Counted from the whole stretch's first letter, positions 41,596 through 55,137 are shown. The stretch: DNA of 59,041 nt, filler included, from Sluysia triapertura (GCA_046118255.1; 4 parts of 4 records of this genome joined end to end with filler, not necessarily neighbours in it), one strand, 5' to 3'. The notes: generated from the letters alone by a model not told the origin. Translations and numbers: made by a program.

Positions 41596-41710
41596 TTGTT
41601 GGGGTAAAAAGGCCTAAAAGCGTCATTTGATAAAATTTACTATAATAAAATAAAATCGTTAGATGGAGCTGAGAGCTCAGTGGTAAAGCATTCGATCCCC
41701 GGTCAGTCCA
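41596..41710 (+). repeat. tRNA-derived repeat, copy 1 (anticodon arm deleted)
   Basis: GGAGCTGAGAGCTCAGTGGTAAAGCA-TTCGATCCCCGGTCAGTCCA plus a ~68-bp upstream flank shared with copy 2. Confidence 0.75.
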
Positions 41711-43145
41711 TTATCATTTAACATTATCATTTGAAAATTATTATTTAGATTACATTAAAATTAAAATTATTATTCAATTATTTTAGAATATTACAAAAAA
41801 ATAAATTACTAGAAAGAAATTTGTTTATTTAAATTAAATTTTAAAACATGTCTTTATGTGTATATAAAGACATACACAAATAAAGAAGTCTCCATTAAAA
41901 AATATATGCAAAGAAATCAGAAGACGCCATTTACAATTACAAAAGGAAATCATTGTCAATATTTCTACATCTATTATCATCAACTTGTTAGTGTGCTCCA
42001 TATTTCATCAGTTCTTCAATTCAACTTCCAAGTTATCGCGTAAATCCCGCACATTCGATTAGAGGGATAACGATTCCCGAATATCAACGGCACGACCGAT
42101 CAAATCCTCTTCGACAAATTATTTCTAGAAGTTGTACTACGATTTTTTATTAATTAAATCAGTAAATTAGTTATACATAATGAATACTCAATTTTTGAGT
42201 TAAAATCTAGACGCAAACTACTGTTTTTCACAGTTGATCATTAAGGCCAATCATAAAATCAAACTAAAATATAAAATTTCAAATCTTTAGTTGGCCCTTA
42301 AGGTCAATTACAAAATCAGTATCACAGAGTGGAGTCTTTTGGCTAGACCCTTATTATAGTTTAAATATTACTGTTATTATAAATCTATCATTTATAAAAT
42401 TTTCGTGTTAATAAGCGTATTTTTTAAAATCTTTATAAACGATTAACATTTTGTTTTTTAGCTTTCTTAGATTAAATAATAAAACTTGATTTGTCAAATT
42501 CTTATTTATTTTAATTGTAATATTAATTCAAGCTATAAGTTTGTCTTATTTTTGGTATACTAAGGGTAATTTTGCGAAATGAATAAAATATTGCATAGTG
42601 CATTCTAATTTGTAATATAAGTTTACGAGCACGCGTTGATCGTGATTATTTTTTAAGTCATTCAGTATAAGACGACTTTGTCATTATTGTTAAGTTAAGG
42701 GAAAGAATATTTTTTGTACGATTAATTTTGATAATTGTTTTCACGTAATTTTTACAGGTACGCCATAAGTAAGTCCTATACTGTAAACGGATTCAATATA
42801 ATAATTTATTTTGCTGTACGTTAGGTTTTTTGATTAAGAAACTCATTTGTAGAAAAAGTTAAAATAGTAGCAAAATGGGAAATTAAGAAGAATTAAAACT
42901 AATACTCAAAACAATTTATATGATCAATAAGGAACGTAAGAAGAAAATAATAATGACTAAACAGGAGTAAGTGGTATTGAGGAAATGTAAATTTACAAGG
43001 TAATAAAGAATAATTACAAAATAGAATTAAGTGACGTCAGGAAGTAGAATTCAATATTAAAAATATCCTGAGTAGTAATTGTTTGGGTAAAAGGCCTAAA
43101 GTGCCATTTAGTAAAATTGACTATAATAAAATAAATTTGTTAGAC

Positions 43146-43217
43146 GGGCTGATAGCTCAATGATAGAGGATTTGAACTGCGCAGCGAAGGACCCGGGTTC
43201 GATTCCGAGTCAGTCCA
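43146..43217 (+). pseudogene. tRNA pseudogene / tRNA-derived repeat, copy 2
   Basis: 72 nt; acceptor stem GGGCTGA/TCAGTCC-A; A-box TAGCTCAATGATAGAG; B-box GGTTCGATTCC; anticodon stem disrupted. Confidence 0.75.
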
Positions 43218-43219
43218 TT

Positions 43220-43560
43220 TTGCGAAGTCTAACATTTTAGCACAATATTTGCCCATATCATCAAGAGCTATTTCTACTGTAAAGGCGTTAACAAATTCAT
43301 TCCAAGTCTGTTTATTATTATTACTTATTTCCTTTAGGTCTGGATCGCCACTCCAGTTAAATAATTTTGAATTAGCTGTATTTTTTCGGCTTCATTCTAG
43401 CCGTTTGCTTCTTCAACGCTTTCATACTCGAATAAGAAATCGCAGAGATCTTCCTCTGCTCAGTCAAATTTTACATTTCTCGTAATGCCATAATGGGGCG
43501 CATTTCTTTGGCTAGCTGAACCATATATTCCTTAAAATCATTAGGTAATGCCATATAGTT
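43220..43560 (-). mobile_element. Ty3/Gypsy gag capsid fragment
   Basis: EEDLCDFLFEYESVEEANG*NEAEKIQLIQNYLTGVA...TWNEFVNAF, a retrotransposon capsid pattern with stops and a frameshift. Confidence 0.75.
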
Positions 43561-44378
43561 TCTTAATTTTGATCTATAGTCTTCTCCTAGTACTATTTGC
43601 TCATCTATTTTTTGCTTAAGTCTTACTTAAAATCTTAATAGTTTAGGAAATATCAATGAATTTAGAATTTATACTTATATTTATCTTATTTTTTTCTTAA
43701 TACTGGTTGCTTCTCACTCTGGGCACCTGTTTTTTATATGTAAGAAAGTACAGTGAAAAATAGAAAGTTTTTGAATTATACTTTGCTGTGAGTTCCTTAC
43801 AATCTTAGATTTACACACTTAAGGGCTAAGTTGTAAGCAGTATTTTAGAAGAACTTATATTCTTCTTTTATATTCTTATATTCTTTTAGGCAAAGTTAGT
43901 AAATTTTATTCAATACTGACTTAGGCTTTACGAAACGTTCTAATAAATTCAGCTCTTTTAATTTAAAAATTAGAATTGGCTCATCGTAGTTAATCAACAA
44001 TCTTATCTAATTTTGTTTAATTTCTATTGGGTTTTTGTCTAGAGGCAAGGCTAGTTAATTTTGTCTTAAAAATTTAAGGGATTTTAAAATATCAAAAAAT
44101 TCAAAATAATTTAAGTTGATTTTACAACCGTATTTCAAAAACTGTGTTCCTTAATTCTTTTTATCTTTTCTCTATGAAATTTTACGTGGATTTTACGACC
44201 GAATAAAATCGGCGACCTTAGGTTAATTAATAAATAAAATCAAGTAAAAATAAAATGTATATTAATTAAAAATAAAATATGGATCTTATACAAGAGTTAA
44301 TAAATATATATATTATAGGTATATAGATATTTTAAAAAGATTATAATATAATATTTTATTAATTAATTACCTCCCTCT

Positions 44379-44700
44379 TAAAAAGGGGGTTGTGACAAAA
44401 ATGTTAAATAAACATTACGTACAAAAATTTATTATCGATTAAAATTGAACAAAACTTATAAAGAACAAACTAAGAGTTACAAAAATTTCAGTGTGCCCAA
44501 ATAAATTATAAGTAAATTCCGATGAGGGATCAAGTGTGGTTCCAAATAATCGTCAAAGAGAATTCGAAGAATCAATATAACTCCAAAAGCTTTTTGAGAA
44601 ATTCTAATAAGTATTTTACTAAGAAAATCTTGTGTATTAAAATTTGATTTTACGTGACTTTTATATATGATTAGATGATGACCTTGACCGGTATTAAAAT
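44379..44700 (+). mobile_element. Putative polypurine tract and start of a 3' LTR
   Basis: AAAAGGGGGT directly followed by TGTGAC (44391); LTR end not defined. Confidence 0.35.
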
Positions 44701-45699
44701 AGAATTTATTTAATTTATTTAAAGAATAATATAATATTAATAGTGATTTAAATAATAATAATAATAATAATCGATTATTTTATAAATCAAATTTATTTTT
44801 AAATCGTTAGAACACATAATATTTTGATTATTTTATTTATAGAATATTTACACACATGATATTTTATTTTTTTCTGAACATATGATATTTTATTCTGACA
44901 TAATTAAGAATTATTCAATGAAGATGATGAATATATAGAAGAAAATATATGGATTCAGATGAAGAGATACATTTTAAGGTTAATGAAGACGAAATAAATA
45001 TTAATGAAGAGTTAGTTAAAGAAAATATAAATGACCTAATTATTATTTCATTCAACGAATCTAGAAGATACCTTTGGAAAAGACACTGCAGAATTAGATC
45101 AAAAGTCGAAGAATTTCTATTATATTTAGGTAATGGTATAGCGGATTCCAAAATGATAAATGAAAATTCAGATGATTTATTTAAATTAAAACTAAGCTTG
45201 CAAAATGAATACAACATTAGTTACTTTAAGTAGGAAAGAATAAAGCAAGCAGATTATTAAGAAAAATAGGACAAAAATAAAGAGAAAATAATCCTAAAGA
45301 TTTAATGAAAATAAGATAAATTATTAATAATTCATTGAATATTATGATGGAACTCCGAGTCACTTCAATGGTGAAAACATTTGTCTATTTGTTTCAATCG
45401 AATGATGCATCCATGTTTTGGGATTGTCCACCTGTTGATTAGGGGATGTGTGAGAAACACATACAACTATAAAATCAAGGAAGAACTTATACAAATATAA
45501 GGATTGAACATTATAAGCAGTGTTGAAATAAGAATCATAAAAATTAAAACATTTATAATAATGTTAAACTTTTACAACACAATCACAGGACACAAGAATA
45601 TTTACAGAATTAAGACCATCAATGCTCTTGGTAAGGACATTTTATTATTTTGTTATTTTAATTTATAATTTTGATTTGATTATTATTATCACTATTATT

Positions 45700-46900
45700 T
45701 TATCTGTTTTTTAAGGGATTTTAAAGTCATGCGGTGGGAGACACCCTTACAATTTATTTTAAAATATTAATTTCATTTTTGGGATTTTAAAGTTAATTTG
45801 GTGAGAGACACCCTACACAATTTTTATAAAATATTATATTTGATTTTAGCAGTTTTTAAACTATTTTTGCGGGAGACACTCTACACAATTTATTTTTTCA
45901 AAAGCGTTAAATATTCTTACTTTAGATATTATTGTTAAGTTTTAGATTGGTTCTCTCCCAACATTTTTGTTATAATATTTAATCGTGATTACGCGTGGTT
46001 AAGTTATCTAAAACATATTTAAGCCGCATCATTATTAGTATTAAATTTCTAGATATTGATATTGTTTGTTTATGTAGCGTCACTCCTGGTTTCTTTAGTT
46101 AGATTATAGTATCCTTAATATTATTATAAACGCTATTATTAATTTTGTCATTTTTAGTCATTTTTAGTATTGTTTAGTGGAGAATAATAATTTGATTTTT
46201 GATTTTTTGTTTAATAGTAAATTATTGTGTTGTTATTGATTTTAATTTTTGAGGGGAATAATTATTATTATCAAAGTAAGAGAATTACTGATAATTTATA
46301 TTGATATAGTGACTACTTAAGTTATTAAGATTCTTTTTAAGATAATTAAAATAATATTGATTTATCATAGCTAATAATTTTCAAAGACGCAACAGTAATA
46401 TTTTTTATTTTAAATAAAATAAAATAAATAGATAAGTTTTTTGTAGATAATAGATAAGTTAGCTTTGTAATAGTAATTTTGCCACAATATAAAAACTATA
46501 ATAGTTTTTAAGTTATTGATAATTAGATTTAATATTTTTGGGAAGATTATTATTATTTTGTAAAATTTTCAGTTATATACTTAATTATTATTTTTAATTT
46601 TAAGTAATTTTAATTTTAACTTTTTAGATATTCATAAATTCGACTTTTGGGAAGATCTCTACCCAATTTATTTTTAAATATTTTTAAAATAATGTGATTT
46701 TAGCTAATTGTAAGATAATTTTGTGGGAAATTATTTTTATTTTATTTTTAAAATATTTAAGCATCATTACTATTTTAAACTTTCAGGATATTGGTATTTT
46801 TAGTGTTTGTTGTGTCAATCCTGGTTTCTTCATATAGACTTATATTCCTGATACTATTCTAAACGTTATTGTTAAATAATAAACTCACTATTATTATCTT
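45700..46900 (-). mobile_element. Gypsy-associated leader region with internal tandem duplications
   Basis: Repeated gggagacacc-tacacaattt units (~45737, 45803, 45871, 46648); cctggtttctt block duplicated (~46085, ~46820); inverted similarity to 19660-19830, upstream of the gag. Confidence 0.5.
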
Positions 46901-47041
46901 GTTCAGTTTAAATCTTAATAATTTCAATAGTTAGTATATCAAGTATAATTTTACCGTAATCCCTTTTTATAACTATGTCAATAACTATTATACCAAATTT
47001 AAATTCTTGAAAATCAAATCAAAACTAAGACAATGATGTAC

Positions 47042-47141
47042 NNNNNNNNNNNNNNNNNNNNNNNNNNNNNNNNNNNNNNNNNNNNTTAATTAATTAANNN
47101 NNNNNNNNNNNNNNNNNNNNNNNNNNNNNNNNNNNNNNNNN
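47042..47141. other. Artificial contig-join spacer
   Basis: N44-TTAATTAATTAA-N44. Confidence 0.97.
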
Positions 47142-48920
47142 GATATTAAGCATTTTATGTACACAAATTATCTGTTTCATAGGAATATTTTCGTTTTTGT
47201 CACTCCAAGAATTTTACAGAATGATTTGTAATGGACTCCAAACAAATTTTGAAGTTTGAAGTGATTAAAAAAGACACTGCATACGTTTTGTGAGGTAGTT
47301 TTTTATTACTAAATGTTGAGTAAACACAACGAAGGAGTACAAGAAAGTAGAACTGGCTTAAGCTTGACATTATTACTGTCGATTGGAGAGCTAAAGGTTA
47401 AAAATAACAAAATAAACATATGGTTTTGTCATCTTTCTAATAGCTTTCTTTTAAATTACAGCTAGAAAGTTTAACATTTTTTCAGATGATCCGAATATAC
47501 GAATGGCTAAATAAGCAAATGTTCGAAGACGTTAAGTTCGATTTCTTTAATATCTTAAAATTTTCAGTGCATTTATTTGAATGTATATGACATATTGACA
47601 GTATATTGACACAGTATAATACAGTTTTATTTCTTGAAATCAATAAAATAATTCCCCTTCGAATTGCTGACAATAAAGATGAGGATTTAATGTTTGGCGT
47701 TCGAATAATCTCAAATTGAATAAGCGACTATAAATTTTATCAATGTCACCGTAATAATCTATTTACAAACTTTCTAAATCAAGTCACTGAAACCGGACAT
47801 TGATATTTGTTAATAGCACATAAGTATAACCATTTTAGTCACTGGTCATAAAATGTTGTCTAATCTTTTATGAAAATAAATAAATGTGATAATTTCTTTC
47901 TCGAATGATGCAATACGAAAGTGACTTGCGGAACCACAAAAATAAATTTCGTGCCATCACATAATAATTTATTGCATTTTGCTGTATTTACTATAATACA
48001 CGAAAAATAATTAATAATTAAATTATTTTAATAAAATTAACATTTAATACATTTTCGTTTGCAACTTACTCGAATAAGATTTCATTTTCTTACATGTATT
48101 ATAGCTAATTCTGATTCGATAGATAAAATGATTATCTGCATAAATAAAAAAGAAAATGAAACAAAAAATCATCGTATCGGCCCTGCACTCATTAAATAAT
48201 ACTTTATAAGGACAAATGACAAAATTTCAAATTTTCTATATTCATTTTTCTTTAAAGTTCGAATTGTAGATTCATTTAAATTTAACAAATTTGAATTTCG
48301 TTATAAACTTTCTTTTCAAGTACTTTTCTGCTTTCATTTTAATCATTATTTCCAAGTAAATATTACAGCAAATGCAGTATTGTGTAACACAGTCCAGTTA
48401 CAATAACACAAATTAATTTGTAAAGGAATTATCTAATGAAATCAAATTCTTCATTAATTTCAACTGCAACAATTTAATACATAGAAAATATTAAAACTAT
48501 AGGTAATCTTTTAAAACCAATTAATCTTATAAATTTAGAAACATCCATTTCAGATATTATATTTTTTATTGGCGTTTTTCATTGGTTTTTTTATTATAAT
48601 TGGTTGAGATAATTAAAACCATCAAAATAATAATGATCATAACAAGTCAAAATATAATTAAAAACTTTTTCTGTACTTAAAATGACAAAATCATGTTCAC
48701 AAATTTGTTTATAAAAACAATACTTTTGGGATTCTAAAAATAGGATAATGCTACAATAAAGATAATAAATTGTTTATTTTTTATACCGAAATTTTGTATC
48801 AAAAAATACTATTTTTAAGCGCATTTCAAATATGTATAAATTAGTATGTAAAATTTAATAGTTTGAAACATACATTTAACTCTAGAACGAGTTTTCATAT
48901 TTATATTTCATATTATTATA

Positions 48921-49764
48921 CAGAGTGTTCCAAAAATAACCAAACCGCAAACTTAAATAAAAATTAGATATCAAAAACGACAAATTTAATTTCTTCTTTT
49001 ATGTCATTTTATGTTATCTTCGCTAATATTCATTTCCTTCTGCGAATAGTTGTCTTGGAATGATTTTTGTTGCGTGATCTTATTGATTTTGTTTTTACGT
49101 CATTGTTTGATTTTTGTTCAGTGTGCGCTTCTGGACCTTCATTATTAAAAATGCATCGAAGGACTTTAGATTTAAACAATCGTATCTTCGTTATTAAGAA
49201 TTACTATGCAAGGACTAGCTACAAGCATGTTGATGAAATATGGGAAGCAAACTCTACCTGTACCGAGTAAGTTGACTGGCCTAATTGGTCCATTCTTCTT
49301 TGAAGGAACTGTTAATGGTGAACGTTACATTAATATACTGAAGACTAAAGTGTTTCTTATTGTTAGTATTTCGGTGATTTTCATTTTCAACAAGGTGGAG
49401 CACCTGCGTACAACACCAAATATGTACAACAATGGCCTGTACGTTAGACTGGACACCGAGGTCCAATCGAATGGCCTGCCAGATTCCCGGATCTAACACC
49501 GCCTGGTTTTTTCTATGGGGAGTTCTAAAGAACGCAGTTTAAGCTAAAAGCCTAGGACAATTGATCAACTAAAACAAAGTATTCATCACGAATGGAACCA
49601 AATTTCAGAGGAAACTTGCCAGAAAGTATGTCGCAGTGTTGTCAAAAGATGTCCAAGTGGACATTTTGAACATTTGTAAACACTAAATATATCTATTAAA
49701 TTTGTCGCTTTTGATGTCTAATTTTTATTTAAGTTTGTGGTTCGATTACTCTTGGGACACCCTA
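48921..49764 (+). mobile_element. Internally deleted DD41D-type Tc1/mariner element, copy 2
   Basis: TA|CAGAGTGTTCCAAAAATAACCAAACCGCAAACTTAAATAAAAATTAGATATCAAAA ... TTTTGATGTCTAATTTTTATTTAAGTTTGTGGTTCGATTACTCTTGGGACACCCTA|TA; GPFFFEGTVNGERY, GPIEWPARFPDLTPP. Confidence 0.93.
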
Positions 49765-52190
49765 TATTTAATGTATTAGTTTAATGTATTATAGGCACCC
49801 AAATAGAGTATAATTAAAATATAATTAGAATTAGAATTTAATTACAAATTTAAATTGTAATTAAATTTATATTTATTATTTATTTTTAAATATTAATAAA
49901 TAAAATTCAGCTCGTCTTTATTTATTAATTTTTATTTTAAGTATTATGATTATGTTTAATTTTATGATACGGTAACATGTTTGGTATCGCTTGAATCTGC
50001 CTCAAAAGTGCAAATTCCGTTGTTAAATCTCTATACTATAATTAAACACTTAACCCACTAAGATTTATTAATTAAAACAAAAATTCAATACCAAATATTA
50101 CAATACATAAATGTATATTAAAAAGGCTCAAATAAAATTTTATAAGTTTGAATAATTTTATTCTTTTCAATTTGTTTATTTATTCATTTAAATTAATAAA
50201 TTGTGTTATCAAATAAAGTTAAATCATAAATAACAAATAGAGTAAATTTCAAATACTTTCCATTGATTTTAATTTCATTATAAAACCAGTTTTGTATAAT
50301 TAAGTCTTCCGCATAGTCAATTTCTGTTATATGACCAATTTTTTTAAAGTTAATTTATTTATTTTATAATTTATTTATTTGAACTTTCATTTGCATTTAT
50401 TTAGTTATTTGTGTTAGTATAAGTTATTTTTTATTTCTACCTTAATAAAATTATGTTTTTAATTCATACAGAGCTTCCATTTAATTCCTAGCTTTCTCTA
50501 TTTGCTAATTAATTAAGGTGAGTCCCACTTCATGTTTTACACGTTCAATTTTTATTTTCATCTATAGTTAAATGCAGTTTCGAGGATATTTATTTCTTAA
50601 TTTCTGACATTTTAAGTTGTTTCTTTTAACATTTATTTATTTTACGTTATAAAAGTTTCTTTTAATTTTTTTTGAAATTATTAAATTATTTTAGGATTAT
50701 AAATTGTTTTTGTAGATAGACATTTTTATTATAATTATTATATTTTTATAATATCTTTTTTCAAACTGTGTCGGAACTAGTTTCCTGGATCGTACTTATT
50801 AATTGAAATAGAAATTATGTACTTGTTCAATTAATGATACCAATTTCTCGTACTTAGCAAAACAAACTTTCAACGAAGAAAAAAGTTAAGTTGCAAATTT
50901 GGGAGCTTACAAAAATTCAACAAATTCCAAGTACCATAAATAAGTCACACTTCACAGTGTTACAATAACCGATAATAGAAATTAATTAAAAGGCAATATT
51001 TATTATTAATAATGATTTATAATTAAGTAATAATAAGTTAAATTAAAAGAAAACATTAAAAGGATCGATCGAATCAAATGAGATACGTCAAGTGATGCTC
51101 TCTATCCTTCTAAAAATTAAACACGAACACAAAACATAATCAAATTACAAATAATTGGAATAAATATTGTATAAATACAGTTTCTTTTTATTAAATCACA
51201 AATCAATAAATCAAGTCGGTTTATCATTAATAGTAAATAAAGTAAAAAAATCATTATTTCAACTTTTTTAGTTTTACTTGTATTATTTACTTATTATTAT
51301 GAATAGAAAATATTCGTTGTTTTTACAAATTATTGTTATTATTACTATTAAATTTTAATTATCCTTGTTTCATTTCATAGAACTGTATTAATACTATATA
51401 TTTCAACATCATTTCATAATTACAAACCAATCGGGCAATAATAACAATCGTGATCGTAAGTCAAATTACAACAAATTTCTTTTTCTTTGCTGTAATGCTT
51501 CCAAATTCTCATTGGATGTTTATAATGATAATGATCATCTAATAAAATAATTACTTTTTTGTGTGAAATCTATTTATATTAAAATACGAACTATTATCTA
51601 GTAGAACTTTTAAATACGCAAATATATCTGTTTAGTCATTTTGGAGTTTTAAATAATTATAGAACAAAAACTACAATAAATAATCGCACTACAATAAATA
51701 TAGTTTAACAAAACAATACTAAACGTTTTATAAACATTTCTACCACGCAAGACTAAACAGTTTTGTATGAAAATTAAAAAAATTATTGTAACTATCCGAA
51801 GTAATTTGTCACCTATTGTCAAATGAATTCTTTATTCTTGACGACATTATGATACATGCTAATAGAAATATAGCTATTATGATAGTATTTTAAAATTTTA
51901 TTTAAAAAGTTGAACAAGTTCTACACATCTCAACTTCAATACAGACCGTTTTAGTGAAATGAGCATCAAAAATACTTATTGGACAATGAATTTAATAAAT
52001 GAAATACTCCATAAAATTATTGTTACAGTTTTGTGATTATATCTTAATTTTTATTTATTTAAAATTCTACAGTAACTCAATGAACACTATGTGCATAAAA
52101 ATAAAAATGATGCACTATTTCCAATTGTGGTCAGTAAATTTTCTGATAATAAAATTCTATTTAAATGCTTTACACTTTATAACTTTAGAC

Positions 52191-53884
52191 CATAGATGAC
52201 AAAGACGTCAACCACAAATAAAAATTTATATCACAGGAAAAAATTACATTTATGTATTTTTATTTCCTTGTAATGATATTGCTTTGCAGCATTAAGATTT
52301 TTGATTTTTCCACTAAGCGTTGAATAATATTCTTTTTGTGTAAAAATTACTGTAACTGAGCACATCAATTTGAAATATTGTTTCATAAATTATATCGATT
52401 AATTTATTTTTTGCTTCATACATATGAATAATTTGTTTCTAGCCACAATGAATCAACTAAGCAAAAAATAATATTAAAAGCATATCAGTATCATATTGAA
52501 TTGGAACAAGAATTTTTTGTCATTTGTAATCCAAAAGTAGCACTACTTAAAAAATGTTGAAAATGTTAAACGACATTTTCGAAATGTCAACAGGCAATAT
52601 GAAATTGACTTTCAATTTAACTCCGAAGCACTAAAAGAAAAATATAAATAAGTCGTGCAAAGTTTTTAAAGCGATTCAGAGATCTTGTACTTGAAATTAA
52701 AGAATTCTTGGCTTCAAGTGAAGAATCATATCTCCAAGAATCATATCTTGCTTTTCTTTGTGACATTACATAACAGTTGAATAAGTTAAATTTACAACAC
52801 CTTAGGGAAACGAATCTATATTCCACATGATAATGGTAGTGAAAACATTTAAAGAGAAGTTGTCTAAGTTTGTAGGTTTCAAACATTTCAAAAATATGAA
52901 AGAATGCAAACATGTTTATGATTAATATGCCAACCAAGTCACTGCTCTTTTAAACGAATTCAGTACAAGTTTTAAAGATTATTCTAAAACTAAAACAATT
53001 GCTGGCTTCATGTCATTAATGATTCTATTAATACATTATAGATCGCTATCAAAATGAATTTCTGTATTCAAACTCAGCAAGTCTCAAAGACGAGATAATA
53101 CATTAAAAAGCCAAATATTATTAAATCAAGCTGATACTAATTTTGGGGATCTGCTTGTAAGATATCTATCTGCATTTTTTGGATCCACTTATCTTTGAGA
53201 ATCAGCCTTCTTTTCAATGAATGCAATTAAAACGAAACATCGATCTCGTTTAACAGATGATCACTTAGCATCATGCTTGCGAATCGCCATAAGCGCTTCT
53301 GAGGCAAAATATGAAGACCTTGCCTTATGAAGAAGCACCTTAGCAATGAATTTTAATCTTAGGAAGATACACCTTCAAAAATACCTAAACCGATTTATGA
53401 TATTATTGGGTACAAAAAAACGAGCTTAAAGAAGAATGTTAAAGTACAGTAGTAAAAATTACTTCACAAAACAATGATACAAAAATTGACATCCCAAATG
53501 GTCATGGTGTTGATCATATTACGTCTTTTAATGGACAGGTACTTCACTGAAAAGTAAAACTACAGTGTCAGGAACTAGACCTAATACTGCAACAACTGCT
53601 ACTGGTATACAAGAAAGGAAGCCATCCAAAAATGATTCTCAACTCATCTGACACATTCCGAATGCTTCAGTTGATTCAAAACCAAACACTGCATTGTCAG
53701 TTGGCGCAAAGAAACAAACTAGTCTCAAAGAAGCAATTACTAAACTAAAAACCTAATGTTACGATTAAAAGAACTTTTCAACTTTAATTTCTGTGTCATT
53801 TGTAGGTATATAAACTTATATTTTACTAATTTAGTTTGTTTTTTGATATTTAAAATAATTTATTTGGTAGTTTTGCCATCCCTG
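52191..53884 (+). mobile_element. Decayed hAT (Charlie/GTF2IRD2-like) transposon
   Basis: TIRs CATAGATGACAAA / TTTGCCATCCCTG; 8-bp TSD ctttagac/ttttaggc (6/8); YLAFLCDIT*QLNKLNLQ and dimerisation motif FGSTYL*ESAFFSMNAIKTKHRSRLTDDHLASCLRIAIS. Confidence 0.88.
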
Positions 53885-54259
53885 TTTTAGGCAAAGGATA
53901 ATTGTTACTGAATTTATAAACAGTAATTCTTGATTAATATATTGATTTTGAAAGAAAATCATCTTCGATTTATAAGGTCATGTGAAACGAACATGCATTT
54001 AGTAAAAAGAAAATTATTAAATAATTGTTTGAAGCATCATCAGTGGAAAATTCAATAATAAATAGATACAAATTGGAATTCATAATTAAATCAAATGATT
54101 AGCTCCAGTAATAACCAGTAGAAAATGACATTCTGTCACTGTTCATAGGTTAAAAACTTACTTTTAATTCTTAAATTTTAAGCCTGAATTAATACTAAAT
54201 TAATTTTGATTTTTATATTTATTTATGCAATAGTTTTAACATGCCAAGTAAAATCTAAC

Positions 54260-54525
54260 CATATTTACTAGCTGGAGTCGGCAATTTGTTAATCAATGTT
54301 TGTATTTGACTCAAAATCAACTTAGCTTCTTCCAACTCCTCGAAAACTGCCATACAATCTGGTCGCGATTGTATGCCACCTAAACTAGAACCATATACCC
54401 GACGTTTATGTATCAAAGTAGCTTGCGGAGATTCTGAGTTTATAAGTGTCGCAGATGATGGTGAAATGTTTACATCGGCAGATTCATAAACATCCATATT
54501 AAGATCGAAAATGAATGTATGAAGT
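54260..54525 (-). CDS. vwa3b: VWA3B-like exon D
   Basis: ttcag|(R)LHTFIFDLNMDVYES...SRPDCMAVFEELEEAKLILSQIQ...SKY|gttag; phase 2 in, phase 1 out. Confidence 0.85.
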
Positions 54526-54866
54526 CTGAAATTAAATATAAAATTATGGTGTTTTATTTTTCACATACTTTCTTATATTGTTGATGTTGTTCAAAAGTTG
54601 AATAAAACCAAAAATGCGACTTAGCGAGAAATGCGAGAAATGAGAAACATTGACAGTAATCGCTAAAGTTAATAACCTGGAAAGGTAACAATTGACTTTT
54701 GATGGTGCAAGATTTAAGTAGTGCAAGATTAACAGAAATATGTTTCAATGAACTGGATAAACTGTTGAACAAAAATGAACTTACGAAATATTTTATTTGT
54801 ACAATATTTAAGCAAAAAAATCAAAAAGATATTTTATAACAAGTTAAATAATTTTTTTAAAATAAC

Positions 54867-55036
54867 CTGCCACCAGTTATTCGTGTTAAATCACGAAAAT
54901 ATTCAATTAAACCACTATTGTGACAATTATATGATACAACGTTGAACGGAACTTTTAAGTTTCTTATCTTATTTCGTAATACCTCACGACTACCGTCACT
55001 AGAATTGCCTTCAGTGATTAAATAAATAGCTTCATT
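54867..55036 (-). CDS. vwa3b: VWA3B-like exon C
   Basis: NEAIYLITEGNSSDGSREVLRNKIRNLKVPFNVVSYNC...YFRDLTRITGGR (end of VWA domain); canonical splice sites. Confidence 0.88.
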
Positions 55037-55137
55037 CTAGAAATAAAGGAAACAGTATATTTATAATTCAGTTTTTACATTTTATTATTTACTTATAACT
55101 TTAAATACGATTTAAAAAATTTAAAATGAAGTATTAC

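Noticed and set aside
43146-43217. Functional tRNA-Arg(GCG)
   Set aside because: Anticodon stem does not pair and the D-loop GG is mutated
44949-45233. 94-aa acidic ORF as a host gene
   Set aside because: No recognisable domain and lies amid LTR debris; left unassigned
54677-54761. Extra AG..GT-bounded vwa3b exon (ORFs 54544-54772)
   Set aside because: 85 nt would shift the frame; exons C and D already join to give the expected GGRLHTF
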